In this document: positions 52,046-64,000 of the stretch, in pieces | Position numbering within the stretch: the first letter of the stretch is position 1 | Layout: each line of letters opens with the position of its first letter | NCBI RefSeq assembly: GCF_018350175.1 | Contig: NC_058368.1 | Span: 32,676,001-32,740,000, forward strand | Origin: Felis catus | Taxonomy: Eukaryota | Length of the DNA stretch: 64,000 bases | Reading direction: 5' to 3' | Position numbers and translations under genes: made by a program | The notes under the pieces: generated by a model | Told to the model about the DNA's origin: nothing | Seen by the model: the letters and a program-made list of their open reading frames with translations, nothing else | The model's database searches: none

Positions 52046-52281
52046 CAGAGGTTTGGCAAACTTTTCTGGTAAAGAGTCAGATAGTATATATAAATGTATA
52101 ACCTTACTTTGCTTGCCATGTAGTCTCTGTGGCAACTACACAACTTTGGCAGTGCAGAGAGAAAACACTCATAGTAAATAAGTGTAAGTGAATGGATAGG
52201 TCTGAGTTCCAAGCTAAATTTGTTTACAAAATTAGATGGCAGGGCAGATTTGGCCCATAGGCCATAGTTGGATGACTGCTG
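52046..52281 (+). mobile_element. MER58A-like hAT MITE
   Basis: cagaggtttggcaaacttttctggtaaag...ggcagatttggcccataggccatagttggatgactgctg with degenerate terminal inverted repeats. Confidence 0.85.
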
Positions 52282-53992
52282 TACATTAAAAGGTTATGGC
52301 AGTTCCACTTATAGAGAAAGTGCCCTCAAAACTTTATTGAATTAATGCTTATATTAGTTTGGTAAGTTCATAAAGTTTTACAAACCTGGGAAGAATAAGG
52401 ATTTCTAAAGAGCACTGTGAAATTTTTAAAATTAAATCAATAGGAAAGTAAGTGAAAATACCAAATATTTCCTTTAGCCTTCTAAAGGATTATATTAAGT
52501 AATACAATATATATCATAAACATCTCTCTCTATAAGATTAATTGATGAAACTTAGTTTATAGCCCTTTAAATTTATGTCATTGTACATAAGCGTGTGTAA
52601 TATGCTTATAAAAGAATTTATAAGTTGACTTGTTTGCTATAATTCAGAAAAACAAACTGATATGGCAAAATATCAAATGAGTTTCTTCCATTTTATGTAT
52701 GATTTAGAGTAAATATAGCACATATTCATATGCCATGTTCAGGCTATACCTTTGTTATATTTTTTATTATTAAGTAGAAAAATACATGCAGGATAATTTT
52801 GGTCATGAAAATTGATAGAAATATTTTAAATATCATTTTCCAACATATAATACCATTTGCAAAAACATTCCTTACTTTGGAACGGCTAAGTGCACTTAAT
52901 ATAATTATTTATGTGTTTAATATGCTATAACTAGGGGCATGTTTTTATGGTAGCTATCTAGTTTTGATTATTAAGGATGTTATAAGCACCACATGTTTAA
53001 ATGCAGAAAACAGAACAGCTAAATTCAAAGGCTTATGAGTAGTGAAAAATAAGCTAGCTGTTCACATACCCCTGGGGCTATGGATTAGTTACTGTGTATT
53101 TCAGTCCCTTACTTTTGGTATGCTTTTGAAATGTATTGTATATGATTTGTGTTGAAAATCTTGGGTGTTACATTGATTTTATTCAAGGATTACAGTTCAT
53201 CCAACTTCAGAGTTGTTATCTTGGTATCTAAAATTTCTAAAATTGCTTGCCAAGTTCTAACAACAAGCTGTATAATCCCAGATCAGACACTGCCTCCTGT
53301 GTATTATCCAACAACAAATTGGGTAGAATAGCATATCAGTAAATTAAGTATCAGAGTAAGCATTTTTATGTACAATGCAGATTTATAATTATAATTTATT
53401 TAATCACTAAAAACAATCTTATCGTTATTAATTTTTTTCTTATTTGTCCTTTAAAATTTTTAGGCTTAACACAGCTCATGCCACCTAAATTTCTTACTAA
53501 TTAATTTCATAGCAAGTGTTCATTCATTAACATGATGCTGTATCCCTAATTCATATTCCAAATTTGATTTATGTTTCAATATGATTTGAAAAGAGGAGAT
53601 TTGGTAAATTTATTAATGTATATTTCTTTTATAAAGGTCAGACAAAGGGAAATGTCTTACCCTCAATCATAGCCCACAATAATTATGTTTTCAATGTTTT
53701 GCTTAAAGTTTGGGGGAGAAATATTATCAACTCTTTTCATCAAAAGCAAGAACAATGATGCTAGGTCTGTTGGTTAAAGGTAAATGCATAATACAGTCAA
53801 TGTAGACATAGAGGTGAGGAAGGGACAGGAATATTAAACTTTGTTATGCCTTCTTGTATAAACAAATACAGGAATATCAAAGTAAAAGAGTGAGGGACGA
53901 TGATTGCTGAATAAGGTACTTTTCAGATTGTGGATGTTATGTTTTTTATTTTTTATTATTTTTGTGACATTGTTGTTGTTTTTGTTGTTGCC

Positions 53993-54390
53993 GTTTTATG
54001 GATTGAATTGTGCCCCCCCAAATTAATATGTTGAAGCCCTTTATCCCCAGTGTGACTGTGTTTGTAGTCAGGGCCTTTAAGGAGGTGATTAAGGTTAAAT
54101 ATAGTCACAAGGGTAAGGCCCTCATCCAATAGGATTGGTGTCCTTGTAAGAGGAGGAAAATACACCAGAGATGTGCACATAAAGAAAAGATCATGTACAG
54201 AATACAGTGAGAAGGCGGCCTACTGCAAGCCAAGGAGAGAGGCTTTGGGAGAAACCAAACCTGCTGAGACCTTGATCTTGGACTACTAGCTTCCATAATT
54301 GTGAGAAAATAAAGATATTAAGCATATGCTATGCTTTAAAATACCTAGTCTGTGATGTTTGGTTAGGGCAAACCTTGTGGACTAATTCAA
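53993..54390 (+). mobile_element. MLT1A/B-like MaLR LTR
   Basis: tatggattgaattgtgccccccaaatt...gcaagccaaggagagagg...gaccttgatcttggact. Confidence 0.88.
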
Positions 54391-54550
54391 CAGGTGTATA
54401 ACACATATATGGGATTAAGTATTGCTTAATGAATTTCCATATAGAACATAACCCATGAAACCACTCCACATATTAAATTACATAAATTTATCAGCACCTC
54501 AGAAACTCCAGAAAGTATCTTTCCATTTACTCCATAACCAAAGGACACAC

Positions 54551-54595
<45 letters not shown>

Positions 54596-54960
54596 TAAAA
54601 CCTGTGTTATACACTATATATATATATATATGTATATCAGTTTATGATAAGTACTCTTTTATCTCTAACTTATTTAGCTCAACACTGTGCTTCTGAAATT
54701 CATTTGAATTGTTGTTAATTCCTATATTTTACTCATTCTCATTAGCTTTTACCATCTGTTAGATGAATGTAATACATACATTTATTCATTCTACTCTTGA
54801 TGGACATTTCAGTTTGAGACTATTGCAAATAGTCCTTCTTTGAACATTCTTATATATATCCTAAGCTGAACAGATACATACAGTTATAACTGATATAGCT
54901 AATGTAAATATAATATACATATATATTAGGTATATAACTAGACTTAAAATTGCTGGGTTC
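54390..54960 (-). mobile_element. Old L1 (L1ME-like) 3'UTR remnant with (CA)n
   Basis: ttattcattctactcttgatggacatt...aattgctgggt motifs; (CA)n at 54545-54592. Confidence 0.65.
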
Positions 54961-55276
54961 ATATATTCTTTTGACTAGATTTATAGTATTATTGCTTCAT
55001 TTGTGACCATGACCAAAGCTGGAAGAAGAGACAGAAGAATGTGGAATCTTGTCATGTTCTGTTATGAGGATTTTACTGTAAGGCTACCTATTTCTTCTTA
55101 GAAATAGGTCCCATTGGTTTAAAGTCATTAGAAATGATATTAGGATCATACATGAGAAAGTGTGCGTGTGTGTGTGTGTGTCTGTAATTAGTTTTGGAAT
55201 GTGAGAATAAGTCTTGCATAAATTCAATCTCTTCTGAATCACTTTCTTCTATATGTCCTCATATGTTGTATTTTAT

Positions 55277-55481
55277 AATTTTTTAAACGTTTTTATTAAT
55301 TTTTGAGAGACAGAGCATGAGCGGAGGAGGGGAGGAGAGAGAGGGAGACACAGAATCTGAAGCAGGCCCCAGGTTCTGAGCTGTCATCACAGAACCTGAG
55401 GTGGGGCTTGAACTCACGGACCACGAGATCCTGACCTGAGCTGAAGTCGGACGCTTAACCGACTGAGCCACCCAAGCACAC
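55277..55481 (-). mobile_element. CAN-SINE
   Basis: TSD cctcatat(g/a)ttgtattt on both flanks. Confidence 0.95.
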
Positions 55482-57437
55482 CCTCATATATTGTATTTCA
55501 GAACCTTTATTGTCATGTCCACATAAGTTAATTTCTAAGTCTCCTTTGTCACTATGCTACTAACATGCATAAGCATTATCATATCAGTGTTTGCATCAAT
55601 GTTGGAGGGTAAATTAGGATGTAGGAACCATGTCTCTTCATTTAAAAATATGAGATATTATTTAGTAAAAGCCCAAACTAAATATTTCATTGAATAATTT
55701 AAAATAATTCATATTTTAAATTTTAAAAGATGTGAAAAAATACTTAATAAAAGCCAGCTTCCCTTCTTTACATTGTTTTTTTTTTGGTCAGACATTCATT
55801 GTCTGTCATCTTAGTGATTGGAATCTTTTTTGTTTGCTTGTTTTCAGATTGATGTATCCCAAGTTTCTCCTTACCAGTATTTCCATTTAATTTGATACCT
55901 GAGATATTTTCTACATATAACAAATACTATCGTATTTTCCCTTGTGTCTCTGTTATCCAAAAGAATCCCTTCTTGACTCCATATTTGCTCTCTAGTTTCA
56001 ACTTGAGTAATCCATATTTGGCCTAGCATCATCTCCCTTTTCTATCTTTAATGCATCTTCAACACTTTGACTTCCCTTAATTTCATTCTGTGGGACATAG
56101 TTTTATCCCTTGGTTTTTGTTCTAACATGGATATTTACAGCTCTGACTCCTTTATGTTCAAGACTGGACATTTTCTAAGGTTATCTCTTATGTTCCTTTC
56201 TTTTATGTACTTGCAAGCTGTCTCTTGACTCTCTCATCTGTTCTTAAAATTTAAATACTACATCAGCATAGAGAATATAAAATTGCATTCCAATTTGAGT
56301 TCCAAAACACAAAGACTCAGATCTGTTGTTGATGTGAAATAAAACACTTTGTCAGGTACACAGATGATGGAAATAGTCTGTCCCACTGCAGTCAGGTGTA
56401 GTCATGGCATGTTAAGCACACTTATGTTTTGGTCAATTCTACTTGTAATAGTTATAAGTTCAAGAGCTTTATAAACGAAATATGTTTGTGTTGTTTATCA
56501 CCTGAATCATCCTAAGGAAATTAGGTTCTCCACCTGAATCCTATGTTTCTCATTGTGAAAATGGGGAAAATGACACCTATTATGTTGTGATGACTTATAT
56601 ATAATTGTGGTATTAGTAACATCTCCATATAGGAGCAGCAAATTGCTCAAAGTCAGGTACAAGAATCATAAAAATACTTTCTTTCTCTCTTTCTCTACCA
56701 ACTTCAAAAATGCAAAAACATACTTGAAGGCTGCCTGATAGTCCAGCGAGAAATCGGGGCTATATGGCTTTCACTTCCTCTAGGTCCTGTAGAATTACTT
56801 TAAAAATGCAAGGACTAGGGCTGGACTTCAGGTATAGTGTAGAATGAGCACAAAACTTATATGCAGGCTGTGGCTGTGACTTTATACAAGGCACTGAGAT
56901 GTACAACACTTCTTTCAGTATGAGTTGTCCCAAGGACATTGTGGTTTAAATACATTTCTGAGTACCAGGTTCCAGATTTATGTTTCTTTCTCATTGTTTA
57001 AAATGAGCTGATTTAAATCTTACAGCTTCTAAACTTGAGGGCACCATATTTATAAAATTGTTATATTGTGACAAATGTTTTAAAAGAGTAAAACCTCTTT
57101 TTTCTCCTTAAAAAAAAATTGGTAGCTTAGCTCTGACACATTACATGATTGCCTGCCTAAATATCTTTGTACTTCAGATTATAAACATTGTTTTATAGTA
57201 TAAAATACTTAAAGGGAATTTAATAGAAATGCATTTTATTTGTTAGATAATTAGTCGGTTGCTTTTAAAAAGGAACAGTTCATTTCAGTATAAGGTAGCA
57301 TCCAGACTATCAAGAAATGTGAAGCATTTGATAGCCTGCTTATTTTGCTTTTATTTTGCAAGTCTTTTGCATACTCATACGGGGCTTGCAATCTCTGACA
57401 TTATCCAGGGACCTGAACTATCATTTCTTGAAGCAAG

Positions 57438-57490
57438 ATGGATGTTTACCCTGCTTGGGAGGCACTTAACATGGCAACAGCACAGGCAGT
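57438..57490 (+). CDS. Candidate alternative first coding exon MDVYPAWEALNMATAQA(V)
   Basis: Strong Kozak aagATGG, in-frame TGA at 57429, 17 codons + 2 nt, donor AGT|gtaagt; lies in ~1.5 kb of repeat-free sequence. Confidence 0.5.
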
Positions 57491-59759
57491 GTAAGTGACC
57501 TCTCTCTGGGTGGAAGCCTCGAGTGTATACATAGATTAATGTGCTTCTCCAGAGAGTGATCACTGGGCAGATTCTTATTAGTCAATTTATTCAGTTGATT
57601 AAAGATGACTAATCATATTGTATTTTGAAGAACTCTCTTAGTTATTAATTTGAGCCACAGAAAACAGGAGGGCCAGTTCACCTTAGCTACAGAAATTGTG
57701 TGCAGAGAATTAGACACTGCACATTGCCACGCATGGGCACTGGTTAAGCATGGGGAGGGAATATAAAGTTTCAGCTGTTTTGTTCTGTCTAGGTGCAAGT
57801 GCAGATAAGCCTTTGAACTTTAAGGCATATAGAATCTGTAGTTAATTGATGGAAAATTTACCTTCTTCTCAAGGTGCATTTTGCAAAGTGATTGTAAAGG
57901 TGCTTGCTGAATGCAAAATGGATTTAATAGATAATTTGGATTGCATTGACTTTACACTCATTGTGATTTAAACGGAAACTTATGCTAGCAGGATTGGATT
58001 TTAACATTATATTGTTTTGTGAATGTATCTGTGGATTGTAACATTAAATTGTCTTATGAAAGGATCTGTAGATATTGATATAGAAGTGTTTATATTTTGC
58101 AAGAAAGGTTTGATGTGACATACTATGCTTAATTTGAAGTGCAATTCTTTTTGATGATAAACTATTTGCGTAGAAAATCATAATGTTATTAAGACAAATA
58201 TTTTAAGCATAAAATTCTTTAAAAATAATCTTTAATTCTGTCAAATTTCTGACAAAGTATGAGGCAAACCATTGTATCTCCAGAATGTCTTGTAGGCGTG
58301 GGGTTAGGGCCGTTATCGACAGGGATGTTGTCCTAAGTCTGTGTTTTCATAGGGTACACACTTTTATTTTTTAAGAGATCTGTAAAAATATCTTATTTTA
58401 AAGTTATGTAATTATTTAAAGCATTAAGACAATGTAGGACACTAACAGAATGGTATTTGAAAATCCCAATTCTAATGCTCAGAGGTAACAACAGATTGGG
58501 CATTAAGTCAACCAGGCATATTTTAATATACTGATCTAGATACACTAACAACTACTTTATGAAAGCAGAATCAAATTATATAGACTATATTTACTTTTAA
58601 AAATGATGAACAGAGATATGGGTTTGTGTAAGAAAGCCTCAGCATGTTGACTGCATGCCCACTGCCTTCTCTGTCCTCTGCATCCCTTCAGATATATCAT
58701 GATGTAAGCAAAATCATGGGCACTGGTCTAGACTGGGAGGGAACAGTTGACACCAGAGGACAAAACCTAGTGACCAACTGTGGAAAGCCCTGAAGCAAGA
58801 ATAAGACAGCATTTTCTAGAGATACTTTGGCCCTTAGGGATGTAAGAAAAAGAACCATTCTGGCCTGAGTGAATATCTATGGAAGGACCTGCTGACATAC
58901 TCCCAGTGATCCTAAGGCTGAGGACCAGGGTTCGCTCTCTTGACCTCTGCAACTGTTGCTGATGCAACTGTGCAGGTGACGAGAGAAAAGAACAGGGGCA
59001 ACCCTTTCCACTATTGTTTAGGATTCTAAACATGTCAGTTCCAATGTGTGAACGTTTTCGTACTTGCCTTTTGATGCATATTATGAGAGTTTCTATAGGA
59101 TATATATTTCAAAGTAAATTACAGAGGTTTCTAGTTGTCTTCCAGTATTAATCATCTCCTTTTTAAGGTAACATTGGATTTCTTCATGTTGCACTGGGCA
59201 CATGGTTTCTCAAAATATAAGTATACTTTTGCCCAAGTTGTATTCATATGTGCCTAAGTACTGGCCAATAAAGATAAGATACTATAATATACTGGTTTGT
59301 CAAATTAGCCTCAGACAAATCAAAGATCTAACCCATGATTAAACTTTACCAGTAATTTAAAGTATCAGATAATCGCAAGGTGTTATAAAAATTGGTCAAG
59401 GACTTACAATGAGCTTCCCAGGCTACTTCTCATTGCGTCCAACTTGTTGTATCCTGACTTCAGTGTGAGCTTTCAGGTGATGTGTGCAACTGCAAATCTT
59501 ACACAGAAGAGAGTCATTTCAGTTATAAAACATTTCCATTTTATATTCAGTGAGTGATAGAGCTTCAGTGACATTTTCCAGGGAACCATTCCCCATAGAT
59601 CCATAGATTTTATGTTTGTTTCTTATAAACAATCCTAGACAACCTGCTAAGTATCTCCTGCTAAATGTGTCCCATAGATACTGACTCTGCTGCCTGCAAA
59701 TATCATTAGTTTGCTTGCCAGGAAGTCTGTGATTAACATGCCTAAAAGGACATTAAAAC

Positions 59760-60140
59760 AGGTCACTGACTTCTTTCTTTCCTTTAAGGTGGATTGGATT
59801 CTTAACTCTTTCCTTCCCAGATGTATAAGCAGAAGCAGTCCCTAAATCCTAGGCAGTATCATTTGCATTAGAGAGTTTTCTTCTTCCTTCTTCATTCCAA
59901 GTAGAGTGTGGATGTAGTGGATGGAAATCCGCCAGACCTTTGCAATGGAAACTTTTTGCCAAGTAGACAAACAAGATAAAAAGAGTCTGCATCCCTGTAG
60001 AATTGCAGGGACATAGCAGTACCAGCATGCCAACTTCCAGCCTTTCTCAGTATCAGGGAAAATTAACTATCTGTTTAAACTCCTGTTATTTAATATGTTT
60101 TGAAACTCTCATATGACTCTAGTGACAAAACTGAAAAAAA
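59760..60140 (+). mobile_element. MaLR LTR remnant
   Basis: gcatccctgtagaattgcaggg...ttccagcct...ctgtttaaactcctgttatt. Confidence 0.5.
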
Positions 60141-60257
60141 TTAGAACCCAGCAGAATACTGCACATGACAGAACCTATACATGGCTTTGGAATAAGAGAA
60201 GAAGATAGGTTGGCAATCTGATGATGCTTGTTAAACAATGGAAGTCATATTATGACA

Positions 60258-60431
60258 TTAAAAATATTTATTTATTTATTTTGAGAGAGAGAGAGAGAGA
60301 ACAAGGGAGGGGCAGAGAGAAATAGAGAGGGAGAATCCTAAGCAGAGCCCAATGTGGGATTCAATCCCATGAACCATGAGATCATGACCTGAGCCAAATA
60401 TGCTTAGCCAACTGAGCCACCCAAGTGCCCC
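60258..60431 (-). mobile_element. CAN-SINE with internal deletions
   Basis: SINE head, (GA)n tract and tail. Confidence 0.9.
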
Positions 60432-62377
60432 TATTACATTTTTGGATAGAGTCACAAGCAGAACTAGGGGGAATAGTTGAAAATCAATAACAGCCTTAGT
60501 TGTCCATTTTTTCTACTTCTAATCCTTCAAGAGAGAAGTACTCTATTAGAATTAGATAGTCAGTCTTTACATAGAGAGAGAATGAATGAAGCCTTATTAA
60601 AGGAAACATAATTGGTGGCTAAATGTGTAGTTTGGAACCTTGGCAGATTGAAGAAATGGCTTTTTTACTCCAAGCCATATCCTTATATAGATTTTGGTTG
60701 GAACTCAGAAGACTTAGCAGTTAGTAAGATTAAATATTTCTGGCTTACATCCTGCTGGGTGTGGCTATGTTACTAAATTTTGCCAAAAAATGTAAGAAGA
60801 TATAATTTGGGAAATTTGGGGGAACTGACCTTAAATGAAAGGGACATTAGAGTATCTTTTTTTTTCTAATTTTCTGTTGGTTGAATGTTAATATAATTTC
60901 TCGAGCTCCAAAAACAATTTTAGAACCTGACTTGGTCTTGGGGATGGAAGCCAAATACGGTAGAGCAACATGAATGTAGAAGCCTGACATTCTGACCAAA
61001 TTGATGTCCTGGTTTCCCACACTTCTCGGATAAGGGAGAAGATCAAATTCTACTAAGAAACTTATATTATTTGAGTTGCTTCTGATACTCAAAATAAAAC
61101 CCAACTAAGGAATATTTGTGAGAAACAAAGTGCTAAAGAAACATTTACAAAAAGAAGGTCAAGAAATATTAAGAGAAAATGACAAATAAACAGAAATACA
61201 CATTCCATTTACATACATGCCAATTTTGTGTTGAAAACACTAAAGATAAGGTACAATAATAAACTAATAAAAGACAGAATAACAGAATAAATTAAAAGAA
61301 AATCAAACTTGGACATACATAATAGTGAAACTTCAGAGAAACAAAGATAGATAAAGGGAACCAGAAAAAAAAGACTGATCACTTACAAAAAGGGCAGACC
61401 CATGGGTAACTTCTCAGACATCAACAACAGCAGTTAAAAGTTAGTGGAATAACATTGTCAGTGTCCTCAGAAAACAACTGCAAAATAACCATACTCTGTT
61501 TATTTTTTTTATTTTATTTTGATTTTTAGAAATTGCAGTTGGATTTTGCTAACCTCCATGGATAGGATCATAATGTTTAATTCCTTTGATTGGTGTATGC
61601 ATTGAATCATATTGACGAATTTGTAAGGTTTTTCTCTTTTTGCTACATTGTAATAATCAATTTTCTAAAATTTAATTAGGACTTTTCCATAAGTCAGGTA
61701 GTATATAGTCTCCTTCTCATTTATTTCTTGTATTCATTCTTTATCAAGTTTTAGAATTAAAGTAAATCCAATGTATTTTTTAAATGTATTGAACTTTTCT
61801 TTTTTGTTCCATGGGGTAAAGTAATATCTATGCATGCTTCAATAAGTGATAATTTTTCCAATACTTAGCCAGTTACAGTGAAGTAATTGTTCTTCAAATA
61901 TATTTTCTTGCCCTCCTTTGTACCTACCCTATATGCATCCTATACTCCAAACGTCCAAATTTATTTTAATGTAAGTTCATGACTAGACTGTGTGGGATGT
62001 CTTTCTTTAGTGTTAATGTCTTTATTTTGAAGAATCATTCCAAAGGCCATCTCCTTAATAGTAACTTCCCTAAACACCACATTCAGACACATGTATACTG
62101 TCTCCATCGCAATTCACATATCCCATTAGAGAACCCCAGTGGAGTTATTTGTTCAAACGTCTGCCCAGTCCTCTGAACAATTAGTTACACTATTAGATCC
62201 TCTGAGTTTTTGACTGAGAAAAACAGTGGGTAAAATAGACAATCACTTCAGACACCACAAAGTCTAATGTATTTTTTCAGTACTGTGCTTCTCAGGTTTT
62301 GAAAACAAGAGATACAGAGAACTGAGAAGCATCCTTTTGATTAACAGAAGCTGACTACTTTTACAGAATTAACTTTT

Positions 62378-62589
62378 TTAAAAAAGTGTTTTTTTTAACA
62401 TATATTTATTTTTGAGAGTCAGAGCATGAGCAGGGGAGGGGCAGAGAGAGGGAGACACAGAATCAGAAGCAGGCTCTAGGCTCTGAGCTGTCAGCACAGA
62501 GCCCGACGCAGGGCTTGACCTCATGGACAGCGAAATCATGACCTGTGCCAAATTCGGGCGCTCAACCGACTGAGCCACCCAGGTGCCCC
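62378..62589 (-). mobile_element. CAN-SINE
   Basis: TSD tacagaattaac(t/c)ttttt on both flanks. Confidence 0.95.
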
Positions 62590-63484
62590 TACAGAATTAA
62601 CCTTTTTAAAAATTTCCCCATGTCAAGAAACACAACAATTGATGATGCCACGTGTCATATTTGTCTATTGCCAAAACTGAATATAGAGTTTGTACATAGT
62701 AAGCAAAAAAAAGAAAAAAATGGTGTTTGTGCCTGATGCATGTCTAGTCAGTAAGCACAAGTAGCACGGCAGAAAACTTTGAGGAAAAATAAGCACTATT
62801 AGAAATCAAAATGAGAAAATATTAGCCCCACAATCTTTCAAGGTGATCCTTCTTACATGTATATTAAGATGGATTTTTTTGCAAGATGAATTTAGAACTA
62901 CTTTGGACATTTAAATTTGATTTTCCTAAAAGAGAGAAATTGCATTAGTGTGTTTTGTGTGTCTGTGTGTGTTGTGTATAAGAGAGATTAGACTTTTAGC
63001 ATCATTGTATCATTGAAGATACTTTCGAACAAAAAGCAATGACAGTGAGTGAAGACTATGTTAATGTTGTACTTTACTGCAAGAAGTGAGCTTTTATTTA
63101 TGTGCATTGCTAGACCCAACAATCTTCTTAAAATTATTTGGGTTGTAAACCCGGGATTCTACTTTTGAAATCAATCCTCCAATCCTTGGAGCACATTGTA
63201 ATTTACTTTTTTATACACATCTAGTTAAGTAGTGACTTAAATTTATAATAATAAAATTATAAGTCAAGGTGAAAGTATTCTGAAAGTGACTTTCTATCAT
63301 TTTCTACTGTGTCTCATTTTTGATCTTGAACACTATCAGGATAGCGCCAAAGCTTTAATTTAAATGTTTGAGAAGCAGTTGGCAAAAAGCATTTTGAGCC
63401 TGAAGCAGTTATCAAGACCTCAGGAAAATTTTGAACATCTCTGAAGTGTTTCTAAGGTATGATATAGGGACTCATATTATTTTC

Positions 63485-63706
63485 TCTTTTTTTTAATTTT
63501 TTTAATGTTTATTTATTTTTGAGAGACAGAGAGAGACAGCATGAGTTGGAGCGGGGCAGAGAAAGAGGGAGACATAGAACATGAAGCAGGCTCCAGACTC
63601 TGAGCTGTCAACACAGAGCCCAACATGGGGCTGGAACTCACGAACTGTGAGATCATGACCTGGGCCAAAGTCAGCTGGTTAACCAACTGAGCCACCCAGA
63701 AGCCCC
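63485..63706 (-). mobile_element. CAN-SINE
   Basis: TSD ggactcatattatttt on both flanks. Confidence 0.95.
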
Positions 63707-63897
63707 AGGACTCATATTATTTTCATTCAAATTCAGAGGGATAAATAAATTTCGTGAAGGGCCCACAAAATGTGCTTTGGATATCCCAATAATACATCAG
63801 GCTCACTGGTTTAATAAGAGTTCTCAAAATTTGATCTTTGATCTCATAATTGTATTTCTGATTGTGACATATTTGTATCACACAAATGAGTCAGCAG

Positions 63898-64000
63898 TTT
63901 TATTTTTTAATTTAATTTATTTACTTAAGTTTATTTATTTATTTTGAGAGAAAGAGAGAGTACAGTGGAAAAAAGGCAGAGAGAAAGAGGGAGAGAGAAT
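63898..64000 (-). mobile_element. CAN-SINE 3' part, cut by the window end
   Basis: tttatttatttattttgagagaaagagagag...gcagagaga. Confidence 0.85.

Noticed and set aside
5874..57490. Naming the host gene for the candidate exons
   Set aside because: I do not recognise any of the peptides with confidence, and no constitutive exon is visible in the window
3060..63695. Family of similar ~60-70 aa ORFs starting MAQ(L/S)V...AQVMI...QSLEPASDSVS
   Set aside because: All are translations of CAN-SINE bodies from GTG starts, not a protein family or a repeat-spacer array
1..64000. tRNA genes, CRISPR arrays or prokaryotic systems
   Set aside because: tRNA-like A/B boxes occur only in SINE heads; the DNA is mammalian with no repeat-spacer array or operon

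Overview
AT-rich, repeat-dense mammalian DNA, almost certainly from a cat (Felidae). It has about 26 tRNA-derived CAN-SINEs of the feline type, many carnivore L1 pieces and old MIR/L2/MaLR/hAT remnants. No intact multi-exon gene or long ORF is visible, so the window looks like part of a very large intron. Nearly all ORFs in the supplied track are SINE or L1 artefacts. Manual minus-strand translation shows two decayed endogenous retroviruses. One is a class I provirus with gag-pro-pol-env in order (~9.9-21.8 kb), interrupted by an L1, six SINEs, a short L1 tail and a tailless 5S rRNA retrocopy. The other is an ERV-L-type pro-pol-dUTPase segment beside an MLT1-like LTR (~33.1-38.5 kb). In repeat-free islands, four plus-strand ATG-started ORFs each end at a GT donor in phase 2, which suggests alternative first coding exons of an unidentified host gene. 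Repair and retrotransposition scars are also visible: three 5'-inverted L1s (one with its junction duplicated), a composite 98-bp inverted duplication, and a 31-bp templated insertion with a fold-back. Repeat family names come from recognition by eye, and boundaries of old elements are approximate.
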